From NCBI RefSeq assembly GCF_964204645.1, contig NC_134035.1, forward strand, positions 3,472,001-3,536,000: 64,000 nt of DNA, written 5' to 3'. Shown here piece by piece: positions 62,886 through 64,000 of this stretch (position 1 is its first letter; each line of letters begins with the position of its first letter). A program made the translations under genes and the position numbers. The DNA is from Tubulanus polymorphus. Lineage: Eukaryota; Animalia; Nemertea. Under the pieces are notes generated by a model. That model saw only the letters and a program-made list of their open reading frames with translations, was not told the origin of the DNA and did no database searches.

Positions 62886-64000
62886 TATATAAATAATTTC
62901 GAGTTAGAACTGGGCTTAGATCGGCCGAAAGCTGTCCAGCAGCTCGACTTATATTTAACCAAAGAAAATCTCCGTTTATAAACCTCGGTTTCTATCCAAT
63001 TTCTAGCCAATTTCTGAGATTATATACATTGTTTTTTTTTCAACTTTCGAAACTTAACAACAATTTCGTACGAACGATTACTTAGCGATGCACCAAATTG
63101 TCAAGTTCTTCTTTTTGTTTTCAAACAGAAAATACTGCAACACGAAAATGATAGTTTTAATACACAGAGAATCTATATGTTTCGTAACCGGTCATCTAAA
63201 CCCTTATCGTGAAAACATTTCATGACTTGTGTATCTCATATTTCACTTGATTGAACATGATTTCGTATATGTTTGTACATGTAATGTATTTACACTAAAG
63301 CTGGAATGTTAACCTCTGGTTAGTTTTAAATTTATAATACTAGAAATAAAACGACATTATTTACAACACTATGATATTACTGATACTAAATGTTTTCTGT
63401 CGCTTTACACTGCGTTTTGGACTTTTAAGATATTATTGAACATCGTCCTTGACACTTGGCCACGAAAATGTGCGTCGAATCATCAGTTATAAGTCCATAT
63501 GAAAATGAATTTCAAAATATACTTTGACTTTGAGACCTATATCTACGAGCGTGCGTCGACTCACAAAAACGGACCTGATAAATCGATATAAAGAAGTCTT
63601 CAATTCTGTAAGGAACAGTGACATTTTTGCTAACAAATGACCGTCCAATCGTAGACCACTGCATAACCTCAAGCCTACGATCGAGTATATTTGTAATGAT
63701 ACAGAAAACGTATAAGATAATATACGGACGTCACGCTTATCAGTGACTCCGTCATACTGGACGTGATATAGCAGTGAATATTCTACTTCGGTTAACAGCT
63801 ATGGCTTGACGTCCAATGTGACGTATTGTGACGTAGCATGCATTAATTAACCCCGTAAGCGATAAATTACTCAATCAACACATTTTTCGACAAAACGTCA
63901 TATATACCTCTATCTATTGCATATACCGCAAAAATTCACAGCTACGATTTAGTCACCCTGCTGCTTGTACGGACAGCAAAGGCACTGTTTTTGTAAGACT

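Overview
Animal (invertebrate, plausibly spiralian; inference only) nuclear DNA with spliceosomal GT-AG introns, so most entries in the ORF track are spurious. Gene order: the 3' half of MADD/Rab3-GEF (+, 2093-24233; 5'-partial; with a 9-nt DFE microexon, two homologous alternative last exons and several candidate terminal exons), HSPBP1 (-, 31845-35318, 5 coding exons), two tandem single-coding-exon, signal-anchored class I SAM methyltransferase paralogs (+, 40264-41304 and 45423-46478), and a complete RFX6 (+, 48503-60547). Non-coding DNA is dense in MITEs, tRNA-like SINE fragments, minisatellites and microsatellites. Main observations: (1) at least four short TSD-flanked insertions carrying Penelope-type minimal hammerhead ribozymes, three as head-to-head palindromes; (2) the methyltransferase pair, which are candidate Golgi-lumenal glycan O-methyltransferases with a mosaic of identical and divergent blocks and upstream RFX X-boxes next to RFX6; (3) complex C-terminal alternative splicing of MADD; (4) minisatellites seeded on a splice donor and on a stop codon; (5) a 554-bp foldback 36 nt upstream of the HSPBP1 ATG. 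All exon boundaries and motifs were read by eye and protein identities rest on recalled family sequences; no searches were run.
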